64,000 bases of DNA. Origin: Alphaproteobacteria bacterium. GTDB lineage: Bacteria > Pseudomonadota > Alphaproteobacteria > GCA-2731375. Under the pieces are notes generated by a model that ran no database searches, was not told where the DNA came from, and worked only from the letters and a program-made list of their open reading frames with translations. The position numbers were made by a program, and so were the translations under genes. Shown one piece after another: positions 23,102 to 32,731 of the stretch. The stretch lies in NCBI GenBank assembly GCA_965232515.1, contig CBDDPY010000002.1:5120001-5184000 (forward strand). The letters run 5' to 3'. Positions within the stretch are counted from its first letter, which is position 1. Each line of letters begins with the position of its first letter.

Positions 23102-24310
23102 ATGCTCGGCACGCTCCGTCGATCCGACTGGACCGTATCGCTCATCGTTCTGGTCGTGGCCGCTTCGGTCGTTCTGTCGGTCTCGATGGGGCTGCGGCAG
23201 AGCCTGGGGCTGTTCCTGGGGCCGATGGCGCGGTCGGCGGGAATCACGGCCGCCGAATTCGGCATTGCCATGGCGGTGCAGAACCTGGCCTGGGGCGTTA
23301 CCCAGCCGTTCACCGGCATGCTGGCGGACCGCTTCGGCGGCCGCGCCGTCGTGCTTGTCGCCGGACCGGTCTACGCGCTCGGACTGGTGTTGATGGCGCT
23401 GGCCGGCGGCACCGGGCTGCAGCTCGGCGGTGGCCTGCTTGTCGGCCTGGCGGTGGCCGGATCGGCATTCGGGGTCGTCATTGGCGCCGTCTCGCGGCAG
23501 GCGCCCGACGACAAGAAGGCCATTGCCGTCTCGATTGTCGCCGCGGCGGGCTCGATCGGGACGCTGGTCCTCGCGCCGCTCGGCCAGCACCTGATTGAGA
23601 CGCGGGGCTGGGCCGATGCGCTCCTCGCCTTCGCCGCGATCGCCGGCCTGGTCAGCCTTGGCGGCGTCGCGCTGGAAGGCCGACCGACGGCGACCGCGGC
23701 CGGGCCTCGGCCGCAGCCGCTTCTCGCCATGCGGGAGGCGCTGGCCCACAAGGGCTTCGTCGCCACGACCATCGCCTTCTTCGCCTGCGGCTTCCAGCTC
23801 ATCTTCATCGCCACGCATCTGCCGAGCTATCTGGAGCTGTGCGGCATTCCACCAGCGGTCGGCGCGAGCGCGCTGGCCCTTATCGGTGTCTTCAATGCGA
23901 TCGGCACGCTGGTCGTCGGCGGGCTTGGCGCACGCTACGGCAACGGCATGATGCTGGGGTTCGTATATCTCGCGCGCACCGCGGCCATCGCCGTCTACGT
24001 CCTGATGCCGGCAAGCGTCGAGACGACGCTCCTGTTCGCGGCCGTGATGGGCTTCCTGTGGCTGAGCGTCGTGCCGCTGGCCAGCGGGCTGATCGCGTCC
24101 ATGTTCGGCACGGTCAATTTCGGCACCATCTTCGGCGTGATGTTCCTCAGCCACCAGGTCGGCTCGTTTCTGGGCGCCTGGCTCGGCGGGCTCAGCTTCG
24201 ACATCTCGGGCGACTACACCGTTGCCTGGTGGAGCCTGATCGCGATCGGCCTCATGGCCACGCTGCTGCAGTTCGCCGCCAAGACAACGCCGGCCCCGGC
24301 GGCGGCCTGA
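23102..24310 (+). CDS. MFS transporter
   Basis: About 12 hydrophobic segments; motif A GMLADRFGGR. Confidence 0.93.
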   Translation: MLGTLRRSDWTVSLIVLVVAASVVLSVSMGLRQSLGLFLGPMARSAGITAAEFGIAMAVQNLAWGVTQPFTGMLADRFGGRAVVLVAGPVYALGLVLMALAGGTGLQLGGGLLVGLAVAGSAFGVVIGAVSRQAPDDKKAIAVSIVAAAGSIGTLVLAPLGQHLIETRGWADALLAFAAIAGLVSLGGVALEGRPTATAAGPRPQPLLAMREALAHKGFVATTIAFFACGFQLIFIATHLPSYLELCGIPPAVGASALALIGVFNAIGTLVVGGLGARYGNGMMLGFVYLARTAAIAVYVLMPASVETTLLFAAVMGFLWLSVVPLASGLIASMFGTVNFGTIFGVMFLSHQVGSFLGAWLGGLSFDISGDYTVAWWSLIAIGLMATLLQFAAKTTPAPAAA

Positions 24311-24735
24311 TGACAAAGGCGCAAACGGGCATCGATGCGTTTCTGTCGCGGCTGCCATTCGTGTGCGAATTCGGCATTGCGCCGATCCTGGTGGAGCCGG
24401 GCCGCGTGATCGTCGAAATGCGCTACCAGGACCGTTTCTCGACGCCGCCGGGGCTTTTCCCGGCGTCGATCGTGGGCGCGGTCGGCGACGTTGCCGCCGT
24501 CTCGTCATGTCTGACCATGGTGCCGGCCGGCCATGCGGTCGCGACGCTGGACTTCACCATCAAGATGACGAACCCCGCCAGGGGTGAGCGCCTGCGGGCG
24601 GAAGGCCGCGTGCTGCAGCACGGTCGCACGATCTCGACCGCGGCGGCCGATATCTGGGCCGGCGACGGCGGCGATGACCTCATCCACTGCGGCGGGCTCC
24701 TGGCGACCGCGAGAAGCTTCAAGCTGACGCGCTAG
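24310..24735 (+). CDS. PaaI/hotdog-fold thioesterase
   Basis: TGATG coupling to the MFS gene; ATLDFTIKM..PARG..L.AEGRV...GRTI pattern. Confidence 0.85.
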   Translation: MTKAQTGIDAFLSRLPFVCEFGIAPILVEPGRVIVEMRYQDRFSTPPGLFPASIVGAVGDVAAVSSCLTMVPAGHAVATLDFTIKMTNPARGERLRAEGRVLQHGRTISTAAADIWAGDGGDDLIHCGGLLATARSFKLTR

Positions 24736-24737
24736 GC

Positions 24738-24758
24738 GTCATTCCCGCACGGGATAAC
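24738..24758. repeat. Collapsed REP remnant
   Basis: GTCATTCCCG-CAC-GGGATAAC resembles the two outer ends of the CGTC REP dimer; lies between convergent genes. Confidence 0.45.
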
Positions 24759-25472
24759 TCAAACGATCCGGAACACCTGGCCCGAGCCGGGGTCGCGGTA
24801 GAGGTCCACGCGGTCGCCGTTCCAGTGGTAGTCGAAGTGCCGGCCCTGCCGGGCATTGCCGGCGAGGTCGGGGTAGAACAGACCGACGCAGTCGCCGTCG
24901 TCGCAGCGGACGCTCGGGTAGACGACACCGTCGGCGCCGGCCCGGCGCAGGGCGTCGCCGAGAGCCTGGGCGGCGGTGTAGTCGTCGGGATCGAGGGGTG
25001 CCGCGTGGTCTATATCGCCGCCGCGCAGGTCGTGCAGGCTGCCTTCCACGTCGAGCAGGATCTCGCGGAACTGGGAGGTCCAGCCCGCCGTCTCATTGGT
25101 CCGGGCCATGAATCGGCCGTGGTGGTAGACGGTTTCCAGGAGAGCGACGTCGAAACGGTCGCCGGCGTAAAGCACGCCGGCCGTGCCGTCGCTGAACCGG
25201 CTCGGCCGGTCCGGGCTGACATGGGTGAACGGCGCCATCAGGAAGGTGGCGCCGGGGCCGCCGACGCGCCGCGCGGCGGGCACCAGGTCGAGGTTACCGA
25301 TCGTTTCCATCAGTCGCGGATTGGTCTTCTGCTCGGCCGAGATCAGGAGCGGCCAATCGGCCGGGTCGGCGATATCCTCGAACAGGTCGATGGGCGGGAA
25401 GAGGCTGCGGATGATGCGGAACGCCGGCCGCCACTCGACGGCCGCGACTGCTACCGTCGTGACATCGATCAC
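24759..25472 (-). CDS. RES-domain toxin (NAD+ phosphorylase family)
   Basis: R (RIIRS), SRFSDG..GVLY, E (ALLET) and S (YPSVR) residues; 4 bp overlap with the antitoxin. Confidence 0.9.
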   Translation of the reverse strand: MIDVTTVAVAAVEWRPAFRIIRSLFPPIDLFEDIADPADWPLLISAEQKTNPRLMETIGNLDLVPAARRVGGPGATFLMAPFTHVSPDRPSRFSDGTAGVLYAGDRFDVALLETVYHHGRFMARTNETAGWTSQFREILLDVEGSLHDLRGGDIDHAAPLDPDDYTAAQALGDALRRAGADGVVYPSVRCDDGDCVGLFYPDLAGNARQGRHFDYHWNGDRVDLYRDPGSGQVFRIV

Positions 25473-25882
25473 CAGGCGCCGCGCTCGGCGTCGAGGTAGC
25501 GGCGCACTCGCATCAGGTCGGTCAGCTCGCCGCCCAGCATCACGTCGAGCGCCGTGCGGCCGCCGAAGGCCGCGTTCGGCGCCTTGATCCAGGCATAGGC
25601 GCGCTGCGGCTCACGGAAGATGGTGCGCAGCGCCTTGTGCACGCCCATCAGGTTCGACAGCCGCGCCTTGCCGTCCCGCGTGATGCGGCCGGACTGGCCC
25701 GCCTTCCAGCGGCGGTAGGTCCGGACCGGCTGGTCGAGCAGCGTCGCGGCCTGCTCGTCGGTGATCTGCCAGTGCCGGAACAGGTTCAGCGTCGCCCGGA
25801 ACATGGCCGCGGCCTCGGCGTCCGAGATCGGCGCCGGCGCGAAGTCCTGAGGCTGAGTATCGACGGGCAGTAGTTGCGGCAT
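25469..25882 (-). CDS. Xre/MbcA/ParS-type antitoxin
   Basis: HTH followed by RLSNLMGVHKAL..IF...W...PN.AFGG..ALDVM; upstream of the RES gene. Confidence 0.9.
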   Translation of the reverse strand: MPQLLPVDTQPQDFAPAPISDAEAAAMFRATLNLFRHWQITDEQAATLLDQPVRTYRRWKAGQSGRITRDGKARLSNLMGVHKALRTIFREPQRAYAWIKAPNAAFGGRTALDVMLGGELTDLMRVRRYLDAERGAW

Positions 25883-25899
25883 GGCATCCTCAAGCAATC

Positions 25900-25934
25900 T
25901 GGCATTATATACCTATTTTAATGCCAAATGACAA
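25900..25934 (-). promoter_or_regulatory. Xre-RES promoter and operator
   Basis: Inverted repeat TGGCATTA-N11-TAATGCCA (25900-25926) overlapping minus-strand TTGTCA ... TATATAAT. Confidence 0.65.
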
Positions 25935-25956
25935 GGGAAATTCGAACGTGATGGCA

Positions 25957-26062
25957 CATCCTTCGAGACGGGCCTGCGGCCCTCCTCAGGATGAGGTTTA
26001 TGTGTGATATCAGTGTCTTACCTCATGCTGAGGAGCCGGCGAAGCCGGCGTCTCGAAGCATG
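25957..26062. repeat. Second family of palindromic REP/RIME-like dimer
   Basis: CATCCTTCGAGACG-hairpin-CTCCTCAGGATGAGG ... CCTCATGCTGAGGAG-hairpin-CGTCTCGAAGCATG; the two units are inverted copies. Confidence 0.85.
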
Positions 26063-26090
26063 CGATATCAGTCGGGGCCGGGCTCACCTG

Positions 26091-27095
26091 TCACGGAATG
26101 ATGGCGATCTTCCCAAAGACCCGGCGTTCCTCGAGGATGCGGAAGGCCTCGCGGGTTTCCTCCAGCGGCAACCGCTCCTCCACCACCGGGCGCAGCTTAC
26201 CGGTGCCGACCAGCTCCAGCAGCGCCTCGATATCGCTTTTCTCCCAGCCGTTCGAGCCCATGATGTTGTGCTCGAAGGTCCAGATGTAGCGGATGTCCTC
26301 TTTTGGATCGAAGCCGGCGGTGGCGCCGCAGGTCAGCAGCCGGCCGCCGCGTGTCAGACAGCGGATCGACGGCACCCAGGTATCGCCGCCGGTGAAGTTC
26401 ACCACCACGTCGACGCCGCCGCCGCCCCAGACCCGGGGCTTGCCGAAGCGCTCGTGCACTTGGGGCATGAAGTCCTGCTCGGCGTAGTTGATGCCCTCGT
26501 CGGCGCCGAGGTCGTTCAGCTTGGCGATCTTCTCGTCGCTGGACGAGGCGGCGATGACATGTGCGCCGGCCATGCGGGCGAGCTGCACGCAGCAGGTGCC
26601 GACGCCGCCCGACGCGCCGAGGATCAGTACCTTCTCGCCGGCCGCGATCCGGCCGCGAGTAATCATCATGCGATAGGCGGTGCCGTATGCGCACGGCAGG
26701 GCCGCGGCGTCGGCATAGTCGATGGCGTCGGGCAGGGCGACCAGCTGGTCGGCCTCGACCCGGACGAACTCGGCCAGGCCGCCATCCATCATCTCACCTT
26801 GCAGCTTGCCGCGCTTGCGATCGATGGGGTCGATCACCACCCGGTCGCCGACCTTCCATCCCTCGACGCCTGCGCCGATCTCGGCGATGTCCCCGGCGAG
26901 ATCGATGCCCATGATGATCGGCATCGGCACCTTGATGCCGGGCATGCCGCGCAGCGTGAAGATGTCGTGGTAGTTGAGCGTGCAGGCGCGTACCCGCAGC
27001 ACGACCTGGCCTTCGCCCGGCGTCGGATCGGGCCAGCCGGTCTCCAGCGTGATGTCGTCGATGGCGCCGTGCGCGTGCAGGACCTGGGCTTTCAT
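26091..27095 (-). CDS. MDR-family NAD(P)H oxidoreductase (quinone/enoyl reductase-like)
   Basis: VLILGASGGVG, GroES-like N-terminus, FGKIAI; lacks the structural Zn cysteine cluster. Confidence 0.88.
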   Translation of the reverse strand: MKAQVLHAHGAIDDITLETGWPDPTPGEGQVVLRVRACTLNYHDIFTLRGMPGIKVPMPIIMGIDLAGDIAEIGAGVEGWKVGDRVVIDPIDRKRGKLQGEMMDGGLAEFVRVEADQLVALPDAIDYADAAALPCAYGTAYRMMITRGRIAAGEKVLILGASGGVGTCCVQLARMAGAHVIAASSSDEKIAKLNDLGADEGINYAEQDFMPQVHERFGKPRVWGGGGVDVVVNFTGGDTWVPSIRCLTRGGRLLTCGATAGFDPKEDIRYIWTFEHNIMGSNGWEKSDIEALLELVGTGKLRPVVEERLPLEETREAFRILEERRVFGKIAIIP

Positions 27096-27131
27096 GGTTC
27101 GGTTCCCGTTACATTGACTGTCGTTCGCAGG

Positions 27132-28625
27132 TCAGCGTCGGAACTCGCGCGTCGCGCGCTCGATCAGCACCTTGCGGTCGACCTTGTTGGTGCCGGCGAG
27201 CGGCAGTTCCTCCACGAACGTCACCTGCCGTGGATGCTGATAGGGCGGCGCGTTCTCAAGCGCGTACTGCTTGATCTCTTCGGAGGTCGGCGCCGCGCCG
27301 CCGCGCGGCACCACGAAGGCGACTGGCAGTTCGCCCTTGATTTCGTCCGGCACCGGAACGACGGCCGCCTGCATGACCGACGGATGACCCTCCAGCATTT
27401 TCTCGACCTCGCCCGGATAGATGTTCTCGCCGCCGCAGACGAACATGTCGTCGGCGCGGCCGACGAAGAAGAAGAAGCCGTTCTCGTCGCGCCGCATGAC
27501 GTCGCCGGTGTCGTACCAGCCGTCCTGCACGCGCTTCGCCGTTTCCTCGGGCTGCTGCAGGTAGCCGGGCATGATCGCTCTATTGCGCACCAACAGAACG
27601 CCCTGGTTCTCGTCCGGGCCGTCGACGAGGCGCAGCTCGGCATGCGGCGAAGCGTGACCAAGCGACAGCTTCGGTTTCGGCAGCCCGTCGGGATGCGGAC
27701 CGAAGGCGATCGGGCTCGACTCCGTGGTGCCGTAGGTGTTGTTGACGACGGCGTTCGGGAACACGCGCGCGATCTGGTCCATGAGCGCGTCCGTCGACGG
27801 CGCCGATCCGGTCATCACCACCTCGACGCTGCTCAGGTCGAGGCTCTCGAGCAGGTCGGTCTCGCGCATCGCCAGCGCCAGCATGGTCGGCACCGAGGTC
27901 AGCATGGTGCAGCGGTGGCGGGCGATGGCCTCCAGATAGGCGCGCGCCGTGAACCGGTTCAAAAGAACCTCGGTCGCGCCCGCCGCCGTCAGCATCTTGG
28001 TGAAGAACAGCGCGTTCATGTGAAACAGCGGCGCGGCGACCAGCGCCCGCACCTCGCCCATGGGCAGCGACGAATCCAGCAGCGAGCGGACCGCCCAGAC
28101 ATAGCCGCCATGGGTCAGCGGCACGCCCTTGGGCCGGCCGGTCGAGCCGGAGGTATAGAGCACGTTGGCGAAGTCTTCGGGCGCCATGCGGGCGACCTCG
28201 AGCGGACCGGGGTCGAGCAGGTCAGACCATTCGTCGGTGTCGAGCCGCACGACGTCGAGGCCCGCTGGCACCAACGGCGCCCGCTCGCCGTCGGCCAACA
28301 CCAGCCGCAGTTCGGAGTTCTGCGCGATATGCGCGACCGTCGCCGGCGGCAATTTGTGGTTAGCCGGCACCGCCACCAGACCCGCCCGCATGATGCCGAA
28401 ATAGGCGACGATGTAGCGGGCGCTGTTGGCGGCGAGGATGCCGACGGCGTTGCCGCGCGTGAGGCCGCGGTTCAGCAGGCCGCGCGCCACGGCATCGGCG
28501 GTGGCCCGCAGCTCGCCGTAGGTCCACGTCGTTTCCTCGCCATCCTCGGCGATCTCGATCAGCCAGGGATGGTCGTCGGCTCGTTCCGGGTTGATGATGT
28601 CGCCGAGGTTGCCGGTGTCGGTCAT
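27132..28625 (-). CDS. Class I adenylate-forming enzyme (acyl-CoA synthetase)
   Basis: YTSGSTGRPKG, YGTTE, WYDTGD, GGENIYPGEVE, NKVDRK. Confidence 0.93.
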   Translation of the reverse strand: MTDTGNLGDIINPERADDHPWLIEIAEDGEETTWTYGELRATADAVARGLLNRGLTRGNAVGILAANSARYIVAYFGIMRAGLVAVPANHKLPPATVAHIAQNSELRLVLADGERAPLVPAGLDVVRLDTDEWSDLLDPGPLEVARMAPEDFANVLYTSGSTGRPKGVPLTHGGYVWAVRSLLDSSLPMGEVRALVAAPLFHMNALFFTKMLTAAGATEVLLNRFTARAYLEAIARHRCTMLTSVPTMLALAMRETDLLESLDLSSVEVVMTGSAPSTDALMDQIARVFPNAVVNNTYGTTESSPIAFGPHPDGLPKPKLSLGHASPHAELRLVDGPDENQGVLLVRNRAIMPGYLQQPEETAKRVQDGWYDTGDVMRRDENGFFFFVGRADDMFVCGGENIYPGEVEKMLEGHPSVMQAAVVPVPDEIKGELPVAFVVPRGGAAPTSEEIKQYALENAPPYQHPRQVTFVEELPLAGTNKVDRKVLIERATREFRR

Positions 28626-28635
28626 CGCGCCCCCC

Positions 28636-29058
28636 TCAGCCACGCTGCGCGCCGTAGCAACCACGGCCGATGGCGGTCAGGCGCCCCTGGTCGTCGGTGA
28701 CGTCGACGTCGACCACGCCGACGGTGCGGCCGATCCGGCGGGCAATAGCGCGGGCCGTCAGCTTGGCGCCGCTCGACGGCCGCAGATAATCGACGCGGAA
28801 GTTGATGGTCGGCACGCCGCCGTTGACCACGGCGGCGACGGCGAAATCGCCGACGGTGTCGATCAGCGCCGCGATCGGGCCGCCGTGAAACTGGCCTTTC
28901 ATCGGCCCGCCGCGCTCGAACTCCGGCCGCATGGGCATGGTCATCACGACCTCGCCCTGCTCGGCGTCGACCGACTCGACCGTCAGATTCATAAACCGGA
29001 TGAACGGCGAGCCCTCAAGCCAGGCTTGCATGACCTCCGCCGTGACGTTTTCCGACAT
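28636..29058 (-). CDS. PaaI family thioesterase
   Basis: HGG.IAALID, PTINFRVDYLRP, GRT motifs. Confidence 0.9.
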   Translation of the reverse strand: MSENVTAEVMQAWLEGSPFIRFMNLTVESVDAEQGEVVMTMPMRPEFERGGPMKGQFHGGPIAALIDTVGDFAVAAVVNGGVPTINFRVDYLRPSSGAKLTARAIARRIGRTVGVVDVDVTDDQGRLTAIGRGCYGAQRG

Positions 29059-29276
29059 TCCCACTCCCCCGCATCTCGCACATCGACGCCGTCCAGGACC
29101 GTCGACGTGACAATAGGATTCCATCCCGACAGTGCGCCGGGCAATCGCCAATGGTGTTGCGATGCTGCTGGCGACCCCGAATGTTTTCCCCGCCCACCGA
29201 TCTTATTGTATTTTGTGCGCTTGTGTCCGTTCGGACGGGCCGGCCTTCGGCCAATCATGTATGGGGGTGCGACAGC

Positions 29277-29906
29277 ATGGCGAATACGCTCGATCATTTC
29301 ATGTGGGCCGGTCCGGATCTGGACGCCGCGACAGCCTGGTTCCGGGAGATGAGCGGGGTCGATCCGGTGGTCGGCGGCTCGCACCCAAGCCACGGCACCC
29401 GCAACACGCTAGTTTCGCTGGGCGACGCGGTCTATCTCGAGATCATCGCGCCCGATCCCGCGTTGGACAGCACCAGCACGCTGCGCGAACGCTTCGAACG
29501 CATGGCGCGCCCTGGCGTTCAGGCCATGATCTTCGCAACGTCGGACTTGGCAGCCGTGCAGCGCGCGTATGCCGCGGCCGGCATCGCGGCGGAAATGCTG
29601 GACATGTCGCGCGACACGCCGAGCGGCGATACCATTCATTGGAGCATGACGATCCCGGAAGAGACCGAGCTCGGCTATTTCGTGCCCTTTTTCATCAACT
29701 GGGGCGACACCACGCATCCGGCGGCGACGTCGCCCAAGGGCTGCACGCTCAGCGGGTTCGAGGTCGGCCACCCCGAGGCCGCCCGTGTCGGTGAGCTCTG
29801 GCGCGCCCTCGACATCGACCTGGAGGTCGCGCGTGCCGATGCCCCCTGCATGCGGGCGACGCTCGACACGCCGAACGGACCGCTGGTCCTGACCAGCCCG
29901 GGCTGA
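29277..29906 (+). CDS. VOC family protein (Glyoxalase_3)
   Basis: LDH, GGSHPSHGTRN, YLEIIAPDP, PFFINWG. Confidence 0.88.
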   Translation: MANTLDHFMWAGPDLDAATAWFREMSGVDPVVGGSHPSHGTRNTLVSLGDAVYLEIIAPDPALDSTSTLRERFERMARPGVQAMIFATSDLAAVQRAYAAAGIAAEMLDMSRDTPSGDTIHWSMTIPEETELGYFVPFFINWGDTTHPAATSPKGCTLSGFEVGHPEAARVGELWRALDIDLEVARADAPCMRATLDTPNGPLVLTSPG

Positions 29907-29909
29907 TCC

Positions 29910-31442
29910 TCAGATCTCGAAGGTCACGCCCTGGGCCAGCGGCAGCGCCGTGCCGTAGTTGACCGTGTTGGTGGCGCGGCGCATGTAGGCCTTCCAGGCG
30001 TCGGAGCCGGCTTCGCGGCCGCCGCCGGTTTCCTTCTCGCCGCCGAAGGCGCCGCCGATCTCGGCCCCGGACGGGCCGATATTGACGTTGGCGATGCCGC
30101 AGTCCGAGCCCGCGGCCGAGACGAAGGTCTCCGCCTCGCGCATGTCGCCCGTGAAGATCGACGACGAGAGGCCCTGCGGCACGTCGTTGTGCAGTTGGAT
30201 CGCCTCATCGAGGGTGTCGTAGCGCATGACGTAGAGGATCGGCGCGAAGGTCTCTTCCTTGACCATCGGCGTCTGCGCCGGCATTTCGACCAGCGCCGGC
30301 CGGACGTAATAGGCATCGTCGCCCGCGTCTTCGAACGCCCGCTCGCCGCCGGTCACCTGGCCGCCGGCCTGCGTCGCGTCGTCAAGCGCGCGACCCATCG
30401 CCTGGAACGCGGCTTCGTCGATCAGCGGGCCGACCAGCGTCGCGGCATCGCGCGGGTCGCCGATCGCGACGCCCTGATAGGCTTTCTGCAGCGCCGGCAC
30501 GACCTGGTCGTAGACATCGTTGTGCACGATCAGCCGGCGCAGCGTTGTGCAGCGCTGCCCGGCCGTGCCCATGGCCGCGAAGGCGACACCGCGCACGGTC
30601 AGGCCGACATCGGCCGTCGGCGCCACGATCGCCGCGTTGTTGCCGCCGAGCTCGAGCACCGAACGGGCGAAGCGCTTCGCCAGCCGCGGGCCGACCTCGC
30701 GGCCCATGCGGGTCGAGCCGGTGGCCGAGACCAGCGGCACGCGGGCGTCGTCGACCAGCGCCTCGCCGGCCGCCTTGTCTCCGACGATGACCTGTAGCAG
30801 TCCCTCCGGCGCGTCGCCGAAGGCCGCCAGCGCCCGCCGACAGATGGCGTCCGTCGCGAGCGCCGTCAACGGCGTCTTCTCGGACGGCTTCCAGATCACC
30901 GGATCGCCGCAGATCAGCGCTAGCGCCGCGTTCCATGACCAGACCGCGACGGGAAAATTGAAGGCCGTGATCACGCCGACGGGCCCGAGCGGATGCCAGC
31001 TTTCCATCATCCGGTGGTCGGGCCGTTCAGAGGCGATGGTCTTGCCGTAGAGCATACGCGACTGGCCGACGGCGAAGTCGCAGATGTCGATCATCTCCTG
31101 GACCTCGCCTTCGCCTTCGGAGGCAATCTTGCCGGCCTCCAGCGTCACCAGGCGGCCGAGGTCGGATTTCGCGGCGCGCAGCTCCTCGCCCAGCAGGCGC
31201 ACCAGCTCGCCGCGCCGCGGCGCCGGCACCGACCGCCATTCCTTGAACGCCGCCTCGGCCTTGGCGATGGCGGCCTGGGTTTCCGTCGCGCCGGCGACGG
31301 TGAGTTGCGCCATGGTCGAGCCGTCGATGGGCGAGCGCACCGCCAGCCGGCCGGACTCCAGCACCTCTTTCGGCACGCCCAGGCGGGCGAGAAGGTCATG
31401 GGCTTCTTGGGCGGCGGAGGGAAGGGTCGTCATGGTGGGCAT
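29910..31442 (-). CDS. ALDH7-family aldehyde dehydrogenase (piperideine-6-carboxylate/aminoadipate semialdehyde dehydrogenase)
   Basis: GEVQEMIDICDFAVG, ITAFNFPVAV, LELGGNNA, AGQRCTT, SGAEIGGAFGGEKETGGGRE, LPLAQG. Confidence 0.93.
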   Translation of the reverse strand: MPTMTTLPSAAQEAHDLLARLGVPKEVLESGRLAVRSPIDGSTMAQLTVAGATETQAAIAKAEAAFKEWRSVPAPRRGELVRLLGEELRAAKSDLGRLVTLEAGKIASEGEGEVQEMIDICDFAVGQSRMLYGKTIASERPDHRMMESWHPLGPVGVITAFNFPVAVWSWNAALALICGDPVIWKPSEKTPLTALATDAICRRALAAFGDAPEGLLQVIVGDKAAGEALVDDARVPLVSATGSTRMGREVGPRLAKRFARSVLELGGNNAAIVAPTADVGLTVRGVAFAAMGTAGQRCTTLRRLIVHNDVYDQVVPALQKAYQGVAIGDPRDAATLVGPLIDEAAFQAMGRALDDATQAGGQVTGGERAFEDAGDDAYYVRPALVEMPAQTPMVKEETFAPILYVMRYDTLDEAIQLHNDVPQGLSSSIFTGDMREAETFVSAAGSDCGIANVNIGPSGAEIGGAFGGEKETGGGREAGSDAWKAYMRRATNTVNYGTALPLAQGVTFEI

Positions 31443-31495
31443 GTCCTCATCTCGGCCACGTCGATCGCGGCTCTCGCGAAAACACTATACCGGCG

Positions 31496-32617
31496 TCAGG
31501 CGGCCGTGGCGCGGGCGTTACGGTCTGCCCGGTCTGTCCGGTCCGTTGAGAAGACGGCGCCGAAGCGGTTGCCGAGGAAGTCGTCGAGCGCGATCTGCTC
31601 CTGGCGCACGAAGCCTCGTTGCGGCAGCGCGCCATTCGCCAGCATGTCGAGGACGGCGCAGATCGCCGACGCCGTGGTCATCTGGATCGCGGTGCGCTCG
31701 CGGCCGAAATACTCGCCCGCATAAACGCGGTGCGCGAAGGTTTCCTGCGACAGCCGGCCATCCTTCTCGCCGGTGACGGTGATGAAGATGACCACCACGT
31801 CCTGCGGCGTCGTCGGCAGCGCGTTCTCGAAGATGTCCTTCAGCACCTCGCGTCGGGCGCCCAGCCGCAGATCGTGCAGCAGCACCTTCATGATGGCGCA
31901 ATGGCCGGGATAGCGGATGGTGCGGTAGTTGAGCGTGCGGACCTTGCCGTGCAGCGTCTCGCACAGCGTGCCGAGCCCGCCCGAGGTGTTGAAGGCCTCG
32001 TAGCGCACGCCGTCGAGCGAGAACTCCTCGCGTTCGGCCAGCGCCGGCGATTCGCGGATCTCGCCGTCGACAATGGCCTCGCAGGGCTCGAGATACTCGT
32101 TGATGACCCCGTCGGTGCTCCAGGTCAGGTTGTAGTTCAGGCCGTTCGAGGGGAACTCCGGCAGGGCGCCGACGCGCATGCGTACCTCGTCCAGCGTATC
32201 GAAACGCTGCGCCATGTCGTGCGCGGCGATGGAGATGAATCCGGGCGCCAGGCCGCATTGCGGAATGAACGCGCTCTTGGCGGTCGCCGCGAGCTGCTTC
32301 ACCTGACGCGTACTGGCGACGTCCTCGGTCAGGTCGAGATAATGCACATCGGTCCGTGCCGCGGCGTTGGCGATCGGCAGTGTCAGATGGAAGGGCGCGG
32401 CGCTCAGCACCGCGAACTTGTCGGCCAGCAGGGCATCCAGCGCGGCCTTGTCCGAGATGTCGATAGGGGAGGTCAGCAGCGCGTTGCCGGCCTCGATATC
32501 GGCCAGCTGTGCGGTGTCTCGGTCGGCGACAGTGACATGGAAATCGCCGGTCGCGCTCAGCAATTCAGCGATTGTCTTGCCGATTTTCCCGGCGCCGATA
32601 ACGGCTACGGCCCGCAT
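31496..32617 (-). CDS. Saccharopine dehydrogenase-family protein, probable L-lysine 6-dehydrogenase
   Basis: GAGKIG, YLDLTED, PQCGLAPG, LTWSTDG.INEY, AFNTSGG, TIRYPGH; adjacent to ALDH7 and Lrp. Confidence 0.88.
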   Translation of the reverse strand: MRAVAVIGAGKIGKTIAELLSATGDFHVTVADRDTAQLADIEAGNALLTSPIDISDKAALDALLADKFAVLSAAPFHLTLPIANAAARTDVHYLDLTEDVASTRQVKQLAATAKSAFIPQCGLAPGFISIAAHDMAQRFDTLDEVRMRVGALPEFPSNGLNYNLTWSTDGVINEYLEPCEAIVDGEIRESPALAEREEFSLDGVRYEAFNTSGGLGTLCETLHGKVRTLNYRTIRYPGHCAIMKVLLHDLRLGARREVLKDIFENALPTTPQDVVVIFITVTGEKDGRLSQETFAHRVYAGEYFGRERTAIQMTTASAICAVLDMLANGALPQRGFVRQEQIALDDFLGNRFGAVFSTDRTDRADRNARATAA

Positions 32618-32731
32618 CGCAATCTCCTCAAGCTGTGCCACCAATGTGGCTGAGGGCGGCCTCGGAAACCAGTTGCAGACTTGCACTTTATCAGGCATTG
32701 CTTAACAAATTGCCTATATTGACTTTGCATT

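Noticed and set aside
26004-28700. 898 aa plus-strand ORF
   Set aside because: Antisense shadow of the MDR and CoA ligase genes; starts inside a repeat.
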